A stretch of DNA of 63,728 nucleotides, filler included, from Klebsormidium nitens (GCA_000708835.1; 7 parts of 7 records of this genome joined end to end with filler, not necessarily neighbours in it), one strand, 5' to 3'; shown: positions 1-12,814, counted from the first letter of the whole stretch. A program made the numbers and translations. The notes: generated by a model from the sequence alone, not told the origin.

Positions 1-340
1 GCTCGCCCGAACCTGGCGCCCCGGCCTGACATCAGCACGGTCAATCAGCACCAGCAAGCAGGCTGTCACGAAGACAGCATAGGTATGTACGGGGTCGACT
101 CAGAGTCAGTGCCTTGAAAGCTGAATACCTACTCCGTGCATATTGCGGCTGGAACCATTGCTCGACGAGCTGTGTAAGCTTGTTAACTGTGTTTCTGCAA
201 ACGAGGTGATCAGGGTGAACGCTTGGCCGGGCACTGTGTTCAGATCTACCGAGGTACTAATTTGCTGTAAGAAGAGAAGGCCTTCGTTAAGGAAATCATT
301 CATGCTTCAACAGGTCAAGAACTTCACTGAGGATTGGAAA

Positions 341-1372
341 ATGAGAGGCCCCCTCAAGGGGAGGAATACTGCAGCAACGTCGAGCGCGGTGCAATCAGCC
401 ACTCAGGCTAGCGGTCCACCCTTCAAGTTCAATCTGATCCTCTTTCTTTGCTTCGTAATTCTCTGCGGGATCGCATTGTACCGTCCCCAATCTTGCTTCG
501 TGTCAATGGGGTCAAGCTCAAGTAAGCTCATTCTGCGGGGACCATATTCAAAGGTAACGTTGAAGCTGCCAATGTACAACACGGATGAGCTGCCACCACT
601 TTCAGCTTTTGAATGGGCCGAATGGGCGGATCTGAACACCACAAACTATGGCATCAATATCGTCATGAGAGGGCAGCGAGACAAGAAAAATGAAACGGGT
701 ATCTTGAGTGATCTGGAGGTGTTGAACAGAGAGTTTGGGGAGAAGAGGCAGTATCACCTGGATTCTTTCAACCTGACTCAAGACGACATTGTGCTGGACG
801 TGGGTGGCAATCTAGGCTGGTTTGCCGTTCTTTGCGGCAAGCTCTACCCTTATGCAAAGATATACACCTTCGAACCGGTGCCTTTCAACTTCGCCTTGCT
901 GCGGTGGAACCTGGCTAGAAACCAGGTCAGAAATGTGGTGGCTATTAACAGAGGGTTGTCATTGACTGGCCAGAATGTGACTATGTCATTTGTCACCAAT
1001 CATGAAGGAGGCAGCACGGTATTAAGGCGGCCAGACATAAAGGACTGGGGCAAGCTGATCCCAGTAGAAGTTGAGGTGCAGATGTGTACTTTTGATGATG
1101 TGCTTTCTAATTATGTACCTTCCGGGAAGCATGTAGCTGTGATGAAGATTGATTGTGAAGGTTGTGAGTATGACGTATTATACAACAGAGATCTTTCCAT
1201 GATCAGAAAGATTGTAGGGGAAGTTCATAAAGAGCCGTATTTCCCAACGAAGCCTGAGGAGCTCAACAAGATGGATTGCGTGCATCGGGCATTGGACGGT
1301 GAAAGAATGACTGAGAAAGGTAAAGGGAAGGCAATCATGTTCTCGTGTTCGAATCAAGAAGAAGCTGTGTAG
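341..1372 (+). CDS. FkbM-family (Methyltransf_21) SAM-dependent methyltransferase with N-terminal membrane anchor, intronless
   Basis: Continuous ORF. Motifs IVLDVGGNLG (SAM motif I), YTFEPVPFNF and VMKIDCEGCEYDVL are typical of FkbM. Hydrophobic segment LILFLCFVILCGIALY. The start is my choice: ATG 341; an in-frame ATG at 302 is possible. Confidence 0.85.
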   Translation: MRGPLKGRNTAATSSAVQSATQASGPPFKFNLILFLCFVILCGIALYRPQSCFVSMGSSSSKLILRGPYSKVTLKLPMYNTDELPPLSAFEWAEWADLNTTNYGINIVMRGQRDKKNETGILSDLEVLNREFGEKRQYHLDSFNLTQDDIVLDVGGNLGWFAVLCGKLYPYAKIYTFEPVPFNFALLRWNLARNQVRNVVAINRGLSLTGQNVTMSFVTNHEGGSTVLRRPDIKDWGKLIPVEVEVQMCTFDDVLSNYVPSGKHVAVMKIDCEGCEYDVLYNRDLSMIRKIVGEVHKEPYFPTKPEELNKMDCVHRALDGERMTEKGKGKAIMFSCSNQEEAV

Positions 1373-2547
1373 CCAGTGCATGGAAAATCCGCTGGTGCAT
1401 TAGGACTTATGGAAGCAACGGTCAACTTCGGAAGTGCCCTGAATAGGTCACCCTTTGCCTTTGACTTCATTGCCAGGCCCGCACTCCATCATTATTCGGG
1501 CCTGGCCACGTACACAGCATTTGCAGAACCAGCAATACAATCAACTGTGGAGTGGGTGTGGAGTGTTGCTTGCACTGTGCACCGTGTTTAGACTATAGGG
1601 CGCATAAGCTATGGAATTGATGATCCTATTACCTAATCTGATCGGCAGTCAGTTGTGGACCACTTGCAGAAGCCGAGAAAGCCAATAGTATTGCACCATG
1701 ACACTGAATCACGACTATATATGTCTTCTGGCACAAGTCCAAGACGTCAACCGCGATCAACGTGCATGCCCCGAATCCGAAGTCTGAGGCCCGACCAATC
1801 AGCTACACCGCATGCAGCTCGGCTATATAGCACGATCATGATTGCATTTTGACACAACAGTCATATTATCAAAGCTGTACGTTGCAAATTAGCTAGCCAA
1901 GCTTGGACTCATGTAGCAGACCGTCTAATATCAGCCGGCCTGCAGCGGTCGTCTTTCGACAAAGTTTGTCAATATAACGATGCCTTATGATTCGTGCAAT
2001 GTCAGCGATTGGCTCACAGGCTTGGGCCTGGCATGGTTCTCACGTACAATTCACTTTAAGGCATGTTGTCTGCATAGCCCCGAGTCTACTCAGGCTAGTC
2101 TATCATGCGGTTCCTCTGGGCATGTCCCAACTCTAGTTCAGATTGGATCGAACAAAGTCAGATGGAATCAAGCTTCTCTTTTACAGGCTGGCAACACCGC
2201 ACCAGCGACCGGCGCTTTGATCCAACTATGCAACGACGAAAACTCATCCCTTTGGAGAATTCTAAAGCCCGCAATCGAATCGGTGACATGAACGCGGCTG
2301 TCCCGAGTCCCTTCCAACCAGACTGGCTCCAAATTCGGGGAACTAATGTTGACTCTCTTCTTGTGTTCAATTCGTCATTTGATTCGGCCACAAAGAGCTC
2401 TTTCGTTAGTAGTCTCAACATCTCCGCACGCACTCGGAACTCTACCGAAAAGGCGGACTTTTAACAAGGTGCTCAGAGCACCTTCCGATTCGGTTATTCG
2501 CCTGGCGAAGCCTCTAGTTACCCCCTCTTTGGCGCACTTCCGGCACC

Positions 2548-5500
2548 TCAAAACGGAGTCTGACAGAGCGGACACGTGGACTTGTGGCTCGACGCAAACC
2601 ACTTGTAGAGGCACGCCGCGTGGAACTTGTGTTTGCACGTTTTGCACGGGAGACGTGGCAGCGCGTGGTTGGTCGTGTGGATCACTGAGTAGCAGATCGG
2701 GCACTCCTCCACGCCCTCGAACTCGCGCTCCACGTTTTGCTTCCATAAGAGCACGGCCGCCGATACTGCGCCGTTCTGGTGGCGCAGGAACGCCGAAATG
2801 GAGAGCAGCCACTTGCGCAGCCGGGACTCGCTCACGCCAATGCGCTTCGTGCACTCCACCTGTCACAAGGCGAGGATAAACGTAATATAACATCGTGATT
2901 CTGTGAGTACAAGCAATGATTAAAACGCTGTGCTGCCAGTAATCGGTCGGCCGTGTCGTCTTCAAAAAGATCCGCGCTCTTCTCTCTCGAAAACAACTCC
3001 CTTCTTTGGAACCAACGCAACGCACCAACACACCCCCGCAGAAAATCTAGGAAGCCTCTTAAGCTTACGAGCGTGCAGGAAGGGTACACGGCCGGCAGTT
3101 GGAAGACCATTTCTGCTTCTCGACAGACCACGCCTCTTCTGAGTAGAATAACATTTCCTCATTAACCGCCTCTCTGGAACCAAAGCATCGCAAGCGAGGA
3201 AACGTCCACGACCTCCCACAGCGAGCCCACAAAACGCCCAGAACAAAGCCGCGTTTTCAACTCGACGCGGCGCAGGGGGTACGACGCAGGGAGTCGTATG
3301 ACCTTCTCTGCTTCAGCAAACCTACGACTCTCATCATCGCAAGAACATTCCTCTTCTTTCGTATGTCACCGGGAACAAAAGTCGCAAATGCACGTTAGTC
3401 TACAGTAAACGCCAGGAACAAAAGCCGTTCTTACCTCGACAGGTCGCAGGGGGTACGCCGCAGGGAGCCGGATGACCATCTCGAGGCTGGACTCGTCCAT
3501 GGAGTAGGCCGCGATCACCTCCCGGGCGGCGCGGTTGGCGCGGATACTCAGGTTGTCCTGCGTTCCGACGGACTCCTGCACCGCACGGAATTCCGCCTCC
3601 AGCAGGGCGGAGCTGCACGCGCCGCTCGTGTACGCCTCGACGGCCGCGGCCACGCTACGCTCGCGCAGGTCCATGAACCTGCAAAAGGAGAATTGAAGAG
3701 GGTTCATGTTTTGGATCGTTCATTCACAGCACAGGCGTCATGCTCGGGAGCGACGCCTTCGTCGTCTTAGACGGGGGAGACGTCAATTGTAGTGGCAATT
3801 TGTCCTGCGGCGATTGAGCGACTACAAAGCCATGCGTGGCGGAATAAATGATGATACTAGCAAAGTGCCAACTGATCAATATAAGACAGAACAAAAAAGT
3901 CCATAATGACGCGTAGCTCACCAGAGCCTTGCGCAAGCCGGGAGCACTCGCAGCACGTCCATGTAGAGTGCGGCCGCCATGCCTGGGAGCGACGCTTTCG
4001 TGACGGGGAACCATTCGGACGCGGGGGTCTCGAGGCTAGCGGCCCGTTTCGGCGCCGCTTTCGCTTTCGGGGGGGTCAGGTCGAGCGGGATGTACTGGAA
4101 GAGCACTTCTAGCAGGTTGAGAGCAGCCCCCGTTTCTTGGACGTACCTGCGGAGGCACCACAATAAGAAGGATTCGAGGGCGATGCTTGATTCGCGGCGT
4201 CAGAACAGAAGGACAAACTTGTAAGCAAAATGAGGTTCTCAAGCAACGAGACTGAGGAATTCGACCGTATGGCCCGAGCTTCTGAAAGGTTGAAAGACTG
4301 CCGGGGGAGGTCACATCCCCAATCTTTGACGAGCCTCTGATCGTCCTATTGGAAATTTGAATTCGGCTCTCAGTCTCCCGAGCTCGCATTATGTGCAGAC
4401 GTTGGGACTCCTTGCACCAGCTTTTCGTAAGCCTGCCACAACTTCACTTCCTTTTAGGACTTCAAGGGGGCGCAGATCCAAGATTGTTTGCTCCTATTTC
4501 AGGTTTTGAAGTCCACTTAATACTCAAACCCGGAAACCCTGAACCCCTACAAGCCTGCAAGTTTCAAAAGAAACTCACTGCACCAGCTTTTCGTATCCGC
4601 GCCACATCTTCAATCTCTTTGAAACTTCAACGGGGCGCAAATCCGACATCTTTGCTCGTCCGTTTTGAAGAGCACTCAGGACACATAAGCCCTGGAATCT
4701 TGAAACCCTGAAACCTTGAGAGTCTGAGAAGAGACTCACTGCACCAGCTTCTCGTATGCAGGCGCGGTGGCCGGCAGGCTGCGCAGGCGCGCGAGAAGGA
4801 GCGACCATGCGAGCAGGTAGCGCGCGCGCAATGGGGCTAGGGGCGCCGCGAGCAGCAGGTCGCCCGCTCTGGTTTCCAGGATCGCGGCCATCTCCGGGCG
4901 GATTCCGGCGACCACCGCAGGGTGTTCGGCGGAAACGAGGGCTTCGTCCTCTGCTGAGGCGTCCTCGTCTGAAAAACAAAGAGGAGAAATCTTGTCATCT
5001 CTTAATGTGCAGTTAGTAATAGCCATGTGAGGGATCGATCACTCCGAACGTGTTTTGAAAGGGAGGGCGATTTTGTACACTGAAGTGGAATTGCTTGGCA
5101 TAGAGACGCCTGGTCAATCGCCAGTAAGGAGCCACCTTGGCAGCGTAGCGAAGACAGGGGTTCGGAATGCAACTCTGTGTGATGATTTAAAGGATTCAAA
5201 AGCGGTACAAGTGTAATCAGGGGAAGACTAGTAAAGCTCCCTGTTGCTCATTAAGGAGAAAACAAACTTGCCAAGGATCGGGAAACTGCCAATCTCTTAG
5301 AGAGGCTGCTCACCTTTCGCTGTTGAGACTGCGACGTCCAGCAGGGGGGTACGGGAAAGCAGGCTGTGGGCGGCCCGTTGCAGGGGGGGCGAGGGTCGGG
5401 GCGAAAAGAGGAGCGCCTGGAGGGAGGGGACGGCCCCCCGCCCGACGCCCACCTCGGCCCACGTGTCCATACTAGTTGCGGCTTCTGTGATGGCGCCTAC

Positions 5501-8500
5501 AGTTGCGTAGGAGGAAACCTGAGGAAAGGAGACGTCGTATAAGAGTTGATGGAGCCAGTCGATCATTATAAAGTGTGTTGTTCGCAGTCGTGCCCGCAGC
5601 CTGCAAAGAGGTCACGAGGAGCGGCTGTTGTCCAGTCTAAAAGCTCTACTCTTTCCCGCAATTTGATCTGCACTTCGGCATGACCAGAACAACATTCGAC
5701 TTCAAGCCGTAACTATTCCGCCTTCAACCTGCGCCTCGCTCCTAATGTACCGAAGCTTTTTAAAGATCTGTAAGTATGAGAAAGTGACAAAAGATCACTC
5801 ATCCAGGCCACGTTCCCTCAGAACGCACCTTGCTTCTTTCTTGCGCCAACCACTTCCCACGTGCAGGGCGCTGAAAAGAAAAGATACGTACGCAAAGCTC
5901 TTCGTTTTTCCCGAGTTAAAGCGATCAATTAAAATTCAACTTACCCGGGCCACGCTCCCCCAGAACGCGCCTTGCTTCTCCCGCGCACCAACCACCAGCT
6001 CCGCCGTTCGGTCGCCCCCCGCCTCCCGCGCCGCTGCCTCCTCCAACCCCGCGATGCACACCATCCGGAGCGCCCCCACGAGCGCCACGTGGCGCATTCT
6101 CAGCCACTCATCGCCGTCGATCCCCCCCACTGCGCCAATATCAACGGCCTTTGCAGAGGACCCCGGAAGGGGCAGCGCCAGCAGCAGCTCGAGTGTTTTC
6201 ACACTCAGCAGCGGGAGCCCGGAAAGATCGTCGTCGGCCGAGTGTAAACAATCCCGGACTTCCTCGAAGACTGCCGTTTGGCGCACACTCGTTTCGCCCT
6301 CGGTCTGCACCGCCTCGGCAATTGCTTCCGAAAGAGTCTCCGCATGTTCTTCCTGGGACGACACCATCTTTTCGAGCCACTTTTCGACGCGTCCGAGCAC
6401 GTCCCCCCACTCTACTTCCCCAAAGTGCGCCCAGCCATACGCTATGGCTGCCATCATGAGCTGCGCCAGCGCCGCTTCGACCCGGTCCGCCCACTCGTCC
6501 CCCGACGCATCCTGGCCGTCGATGTCGTCCGGGTCGCCCGGATCGACGGCCCCCAATCGTTTTGCCGCCGCTTCTCTGGCGACCGCCGCCATGGCCTCCC
6601 GCGAATGAAACTGCCTCCGCAGCAACTCCAGAAGCGTATCCGCCTGCTTTTCTGGGGGGGCCGCCCGTGCAGCGTTTTTGACCGCTTCCTCACCCCCCTC
6701 AGCATGCAGCGGGAAGCAGCTGACTGCGAGAAGGACCTTTTCGAGGGCAGCCTCCCCCTTGGGGCCTTCCTCGGGCGCGGTCAGGGGGAGCGCTTCTAGC
6801 GCTTGCTTCAGCCATATGCCAACGGTCTTGTTCACCGCCCCCTCCGAGTCCCCTGGGCGCTGTTCCCGCAGGTGTGGCATCACGATTGGGAGCACCTGCG
6901 TCAGCAGTTTCGTATGAGCACCCCCCCGTCCTCGTTTCCCCCCCCTGGTTCGGCGCCAGATAGCTCACGAAAAATGCGCGCACCTCATCCCCCCCCCAGG
7001 CGGCCCCCCCCACCAGCTCGCCCAGCAGCCGGCACAGCGCACGCAGCGCGTTCTCTGCGCTGACAGTATCCTGTTCCCCGCTGACGTCAGCGACGGCCGC
7101 CTTGACCAGCCCGTCGATGACGTGGTGCAGCAGAGCGAACTCCCGGTCGGTGGCGCTCCGACCGCACTCGACGAGGAAGCGCATCACGGCGCCGGGATTT
7201 TCGGCTCCCTCCGCCTCATGTGCAACGACTAACTCGATTGCCAACCACGCCCGGTTCTTCTCACCCCCCTCTTCGCCCTTTTCGGAGTCCGTCTCCGTTC
7301 CCGCCAGAAACACCTCCTCCAGTCCGATGCGCTGCACCAGCGCCCCCACAAACGCCGCAAACGCCCGCTCTACCTTCACACCTTCCTCAGATCCTCTCCG
7401 GTTCTTCCCCCCGGCCGGCAGCATCGCACGACTCCATCTCGGCCAGGAGCCCATCGGCGCCACTGAGAGATCAATCACCGCCCCACGCTCCTCCCTCCCA
7501 ACCGCTAACCTTTGCACCACCTCTGCTGCCCGCTCCGCCACCTGAACACACGTGGCAGGCTCTCCTTCCGCCACCTGGCGCCTTATCTCCTCCACTAACA
7601 AGTGCTGCACGGCGGCCCTTTGTTCCGCACCTAGTTGCACCACCACATCTTGCGTCAATGCACCCGCCAGCAACCTAGCTGCGGCCGCTAGCCTTTCGAC
7701 CGAACCCTCTAGACTCCCCGTTTCCTTCCCCCCCGTTTGCGTGACCTGCGTTTCGATTCCGCTCTCTGTTGCCCCATCCGTTGCACCCTCCCCGATTTCC
7801 ACGCCCCCTGCGGCTTTGCCTCCGAGCCAGCTCAGAGAAAAGAGCGTCGCTAGGATCTTTCCGCGCACTTCTTCCACCTCTTCTGGGACCTTTTTGGACA
7901 GTGCATACGCACCCCCGATATCCACCGCTGCAAGAGCCAAATCCGCTCCCTTTCCCCCCTGCCGCCCTTCGTCCATCCTTTGCAAAAGCCGCTCCAAAAC
8001 GCCCCTCAGCGCTGCCCCCGAAACGAACGGAACGCGGCCCCCCCCGGCACCCATCGCCTGCTTCAGAAACTCCTGACAGGGGGCTTCTTCCAGTGACGAA
8101 CTGCTCCCCACTACAAGAGCCGCCGCATCCACTCCAGCGGACTCCAAATTTAGCCGCCGTGCCGCCCCCTGTTCGCGGAGTTTCCCTAAAACAGCACCCA
8201 GTGTTTCCACATCCTCCAAGTGTTTCGCTACTGTATCCTCCTCGCTCCCCCCCGCCTTGACAGCCCAGCGCGTCAGTCTACCAAGGACCCCCTCCCACTC
8301 CGCTCGCAACCTTTCGTCCTTTAAAATCGCCAACAGGAACTCCAACCGTGTGCCGCCTTCAACCGTGCTTCGCTCCTCGCCACGCCCCCCGAGGCACCAC
8401 GGGATGAGCCGGGTCGTCACCAAGAACCGGACAGCCTCGAACTGCGACTTGGCAGTCTCCCCCTTGTCGGCAATACCTCCCAGGCTTTCCGTCCCATACA

Positions 8501-11500
8501 GGGTTACAAGCCGGGTCAATAGCCTAACCAGCGGGACTGCGTCGCTTGAACCCACCGCTAGTTCCCACACTCCGGCAACCAGGGGCTTCACCCCCGCATC
8601 CAGCGCATTGCTCTTTCTTTGCCCCATCGCCAGTGCCGGTCCTTTCTTCCCCAGAACGGGGGGCCGCTTCGCCAGCCTGGAAACCACCATGTAGAAATCC
8701 CCCACCCTTTTCACCACTGCATTGGGATCACCGCCCCCGGATTCTGACAACGTTGCCAGAATGCGCTTCGTGAGGTCCGCCCAGAACTCAGAAAGTGCAT
8801 CGTCAATCTTTTCCATCTGAATCACTGCCTCTCCCATTGCTTCCGCCAGATCCAGCATCCGCAGGCTGCCCCTTCCCATTGAGCCTGCCGTCGCTTCCCG
8901 TCCGTTCCGCTCATCTGCCACCCCCCCGGCCGCCGCTTGACCGCTCGGGCCTGCCCGTGCGTGAGACGACACCCGGTCCGCATCTTGGTCTCTGCTCACT
9001 TCCGCGCTTTTCGTGGGGGTCGCGGCGCCTGCTCTACTACCCCCCCCGGACTGCATGTACTCGTCCCAAGCCGTGTCCAACAGCACCGTTCTCACAATCT
9101 CGTGCCGGAAAGCAAGCGTTCCCTCTCTTCCGGGTTCCGCATACTTTTCGGCGTTTGTTAAAACGTAAACGAGACACTCCCGCCAAGCGCGCAGCAGGGC
9201 CTGCCACTCCACTTCCGCGACGCACGCCTCGCGCCCCCCCCAGAGCGCCCCAAAAAGCTCCCCCCAGAACTCGGGGCCAGTTCCCACCACACCATGGGGA
9301 AGCAGTGAGACTAACACCAACAGGCAGGGGTAAGAAACTTCTGCGGAACCGTAGCACGCGTGCCGGAGTAAACCCCACAGTCCCGGAAGCACCGCCTTGC
9401 GCACGTTGACAAACTCCCAACCCCCCGAGAAGAAACGCACGAAGCTGAGCAGCATGTCCCACATTGCGCGGTGCACCGCCGGCTCGCGCTCCGTCAGGCT
9501 CCCCAGAATCAGGGGGGCGACGGCCGAGAGGTTCTCCCGAATCTGCGCGCGCGCGCTCTCGCACAGCGCGCGGAGCGTCTGGTACGCGGCCCCGCGCACC
9601 ACGGGGCTCGCGTGCTTCAAACAGGGGGCGAAGAACCGGTGCCGCGCCGCGACCCCTCCCGCCAGTTCCACCACTTTCGCGGCCCCACTCGAGCCCTCGC
9701 CCGGATCTATGCCCCCACCTTTGCTCGCGTCTGCGTCTTTCTGCCCACTCTCGTTCTCATGGGCCTCCTCCTCGGAGGTTGTTTGTTGCTTCCCGTTCGC
9801 TTCTTCCTTTCCCCCCCTGGTTGTTTCCTCCCTGACATCACCCCCGCCGCCCGCCTGCCCCCCCAAGACCTGCAACAGTGTTGCCATCGCCAGCAGACCC
9901 GCCGACAGCTGGCGCTCCACCCAGTCAGCGGCCTCCTCGGGCGCGACGCTCTTGTCCACGGTTTGGGGGGTCACCCCAAGGGTCTCGTCCAGGTACTCGA
10001 ACATCTCCCCCTGGCAGAAGGCAAGCGCCTCGACCTGCTTCTTTTGGGCGGGAAACGCGGCCAGGAAGGAGGCGCGCGCAGCTTCCGCAACTTCGCGACT
10101 CGGGTCGAACTGGGATACCCACCAGGGGCCCATCAACACCCGCAGGTGGGGGGCGAGGCTTCGCCTGCGGGATGTGTGGAAAGATTCACTTACACTTTGG
10201 TAGGTCTAAGCAGAGTAGTTTGAATTCACGTACATTTTGGTATTTCTAAGCAGAGTAGTTTGGTCGCGGTGGTCTCAACTGGCACACCCAGCAGGGGCCC
10301 ATGAGCACACGCAGGTGAGGGGCTACGCTGCGTCGGCAGGGTGAGAGTGGAATGTATGTGATCTGTGAGACTTTGAAGTTGGAAGCTTAAATTTGGATCG
10401 AACTTGACATGCACCAAGGGCGCACAAGGACGCGCAGCTGGAGGGCGAGGCTCCGCAAGCGGAGTACGATTCAACTCGCCAATGTTTTGAACGAAGCCTG
10501 GTTTGTGGCCAAGAGAATTTACGAGAATCCGAAAGATACAAACGCAACTAAAAAGATGCTCACTCTCACAAAAAGAAAAGAAAAGAAAAGTACTACTGAT
10601 AAGATGCTCACTCCAAAAAAGGAACACAACACTTGTAGGAATGCTCACCCGACCCTGGAGGCCAGCTCCTTCATCGCGAGGTGCGCCTGCTCTCGCACCT
10701 GGCGGCTCGAGTCAGCCGCCAAGCGCCGGTAGATGAACACCCAGGACGGGAGCACTGCCACCAGCTCGCTGGGGGGCCGCTCGTGAAACATTGGCCCCAG
10801 GGCCGCGAGAGCTTTTAGCTTGGTTGTGGAGTCGCGCTTGGAGAGGCGCCGCAAGTGAGATGCGATTTCTCCATCAATGTCCTGTGAAGGAAGGATGCAG
10901 TGGCGGCTCAAAAACAGCCAAGAGGTGAATTGGATAGGCTTGCTTAAGTCTCAACATCATTGAACGTGAAGAGATGGAAATGGATGTGCAAGAAGGTGTG
11001 GTGTCAGACAAGGTGAGAGCCCCTTCAAGTATGGAGGTGGGGATGAGCGCTTTAACCTAATACTAGATTGCCAATGTTGATAATGAACAAGATCAGGTAA
11101 GGTGCAGCCCCTTCGGTACCCCTTTTCTTCGCCGCAGGCCAGTGAACACAGACTGAAGCCTCCTCCACGAGTTCACTGTATCCTTGGTTTAACAACATCC
11201 TTGTAGAATCAGAGGCACAGCGGGACACAGCAACTCATTCCCCGTACTGAAAGACTGATTTTTTGCATTCTCTCGACATTTTCAGATCTTCTGAGAGGCC
11301 CTGCCATTGAAGCTTTGAATCAATGGTACGGAACGAGCTCGCAAAGCTTACAAGTGAACACAGCGCTCGACTAAGCAGTGCAAGCAAGCACATATGTCGT
11401 ACACACCCTTGATCATGACCGCCCTCATGCGGATGTTACTTCATCCCTTCTTAGAAAGCAGATCGAGAGGTTGATGTGTTTGATACTGACTTTGAAATCT

Positions 11501-12309
11501 CCTCATCCTGATGCAAATGTTTCCCGCATCCTTTCAATTCAAAAGCGGAACGAGAAATTCATCTGCCTAAAGCTCACCGCTGAGATCTCCTCATCAGCTC
11601 CTTTTGTGGCCTCCGCGACCCGAGCGCTGCCGACAAAGCCCCCGAAGCCGAACCCAGCAGGTGGTGCATTGCCACCGGAGACAAGTGACGCAGCAAGGCT
11701 GTATGAACCAAGGTGCTGATCAGCATTCATCAACTCAAGACCTCATTCAGCTTTATGCAGGTGCAAGAATGCGAAGACGGGATAGAGCTCAATGGCAGCC
11801 CTGAAAGCGGTAAATTCAGGCTGAAGACGTAACAATGATTTGCCAGGTTCCTGTTTGCCGAAATTGATCAAACAGCATCTGAAGCTGCTCGGAATGCGCC
11901 ACGTCGTAAGGAAATGTTGCTCTTCAAACAATGTCGCTCAGATCCGATGGTGGTGGTGGTGGAAAAGTTGCTGTGACGCCTTTGATTGAATCTTTCTGAT
12001 CAATGATGGAGGAATCGCCCCCAAGCCAACTCTTTGTGGCAGTGACCGGAAAAACTTGTGACAACGGGGCAGGTTGCATGCACATCATCTGGTTTGAGAC
12101 CATGATACACCACAGATGCCAAGCACCTGGACTTGTTTTACGAAAGTCATCTACCACCAAACGAGCTCACACTCTCATCAATCGGTTACTGCAGGGAGAG
12201 CAGGATTGCCATCTCTTTGCAGCATTCACATCCAGCCAATCAGCATGGACAGTTCTTACCTGCTGCTCGACGGCCGGCTCTTTGACCGCTCCCCACGCTG
12301 CTTTCCCAT
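2548..12309 (-). CDS. LTN1: E3 ubiquitin ligase listerin (ribosome quality control), multi-exon, about 1920-1950 aa
   Basis: Exons 12309-12260, 11698-11578, 10881-10649, 10164-5945 (frame break near 6896-6983), 5518-5314, 4968-4740, 4146-3922, 3678-3435, 2859-2548. All introns are GT-AG and phase-consistent. N-terminus [20 protein letters not shown]...GFGGF; [16 protein letters not shown]; [11 protein letters not shown]; RWD-like [23 protein letters not shown]; C-terminal [13 protein letters not shown]...[29 protein letters not shown]. Confidence 0.95.
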
Positions 12310-12607
12310 TGTGGCAGCGCGTACTTGACACAAGAAGAGACCCCTTTCGGAACAAAATCCTTGCACGAGAGGTCGAACACAAAAAGCGAGATCCTCAACC
12401 TCTTGCTGAATAACAAGAAAAGCGAACCTACACTTCTCTATCGAGGTTGCCACCAGCAGAAGAAAAAATTGGCTAGGGATTAGTATGAGCCCGTCCTCCC
12501 ACTAGCCTCAGGATTCGGAAAAGCTAGACCAGTTGGGAACAACGGCGAGGTTAGAACTGTTAGTTTCAGGGTCTGAATCAGCAGAACAGTGTCCGGACTC
12601 CGTACTA

Positions 12608-12814
12608 CCGGACCAATTGTCCGGTTGGGCAACAATTAAATATTCTTAGACTTGCCCAAAAATCTGAATTGAAAATAAATTCCAATTAAGGTTCTGTAGA
12701 TCATTTTGCCCCGTAAAAAAAACAAAATGAATTCAAAAATGAAGCTGCCCAAAATCCCTGAGATACGAAATCAATTCTTGGGCAAAAATCTGCCCAACCG
12801 GACAATTGTTACGG
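12608..12814. mobile_element. MITE, Tc1/mariner-like, 207 bp
   Basis: Terminal inverted repeats CCGGACCAATTGTCCGGTTGGGCA and TGCCCAACCGGACAATTGTTACGG (22/24 match). TA flanks both ends (12606-7, 12815-6). AT-rich noncoding core. Confidence 0.8.

Noticed and set aside
5745-10249. Many long plus-strand and alternate-frame ORFs over LTN1 (for example 5745-6608, 9397-10203, 9471-10223)
   Set aside because: Shadows of GC-rich coding sequence with no domain-like content.
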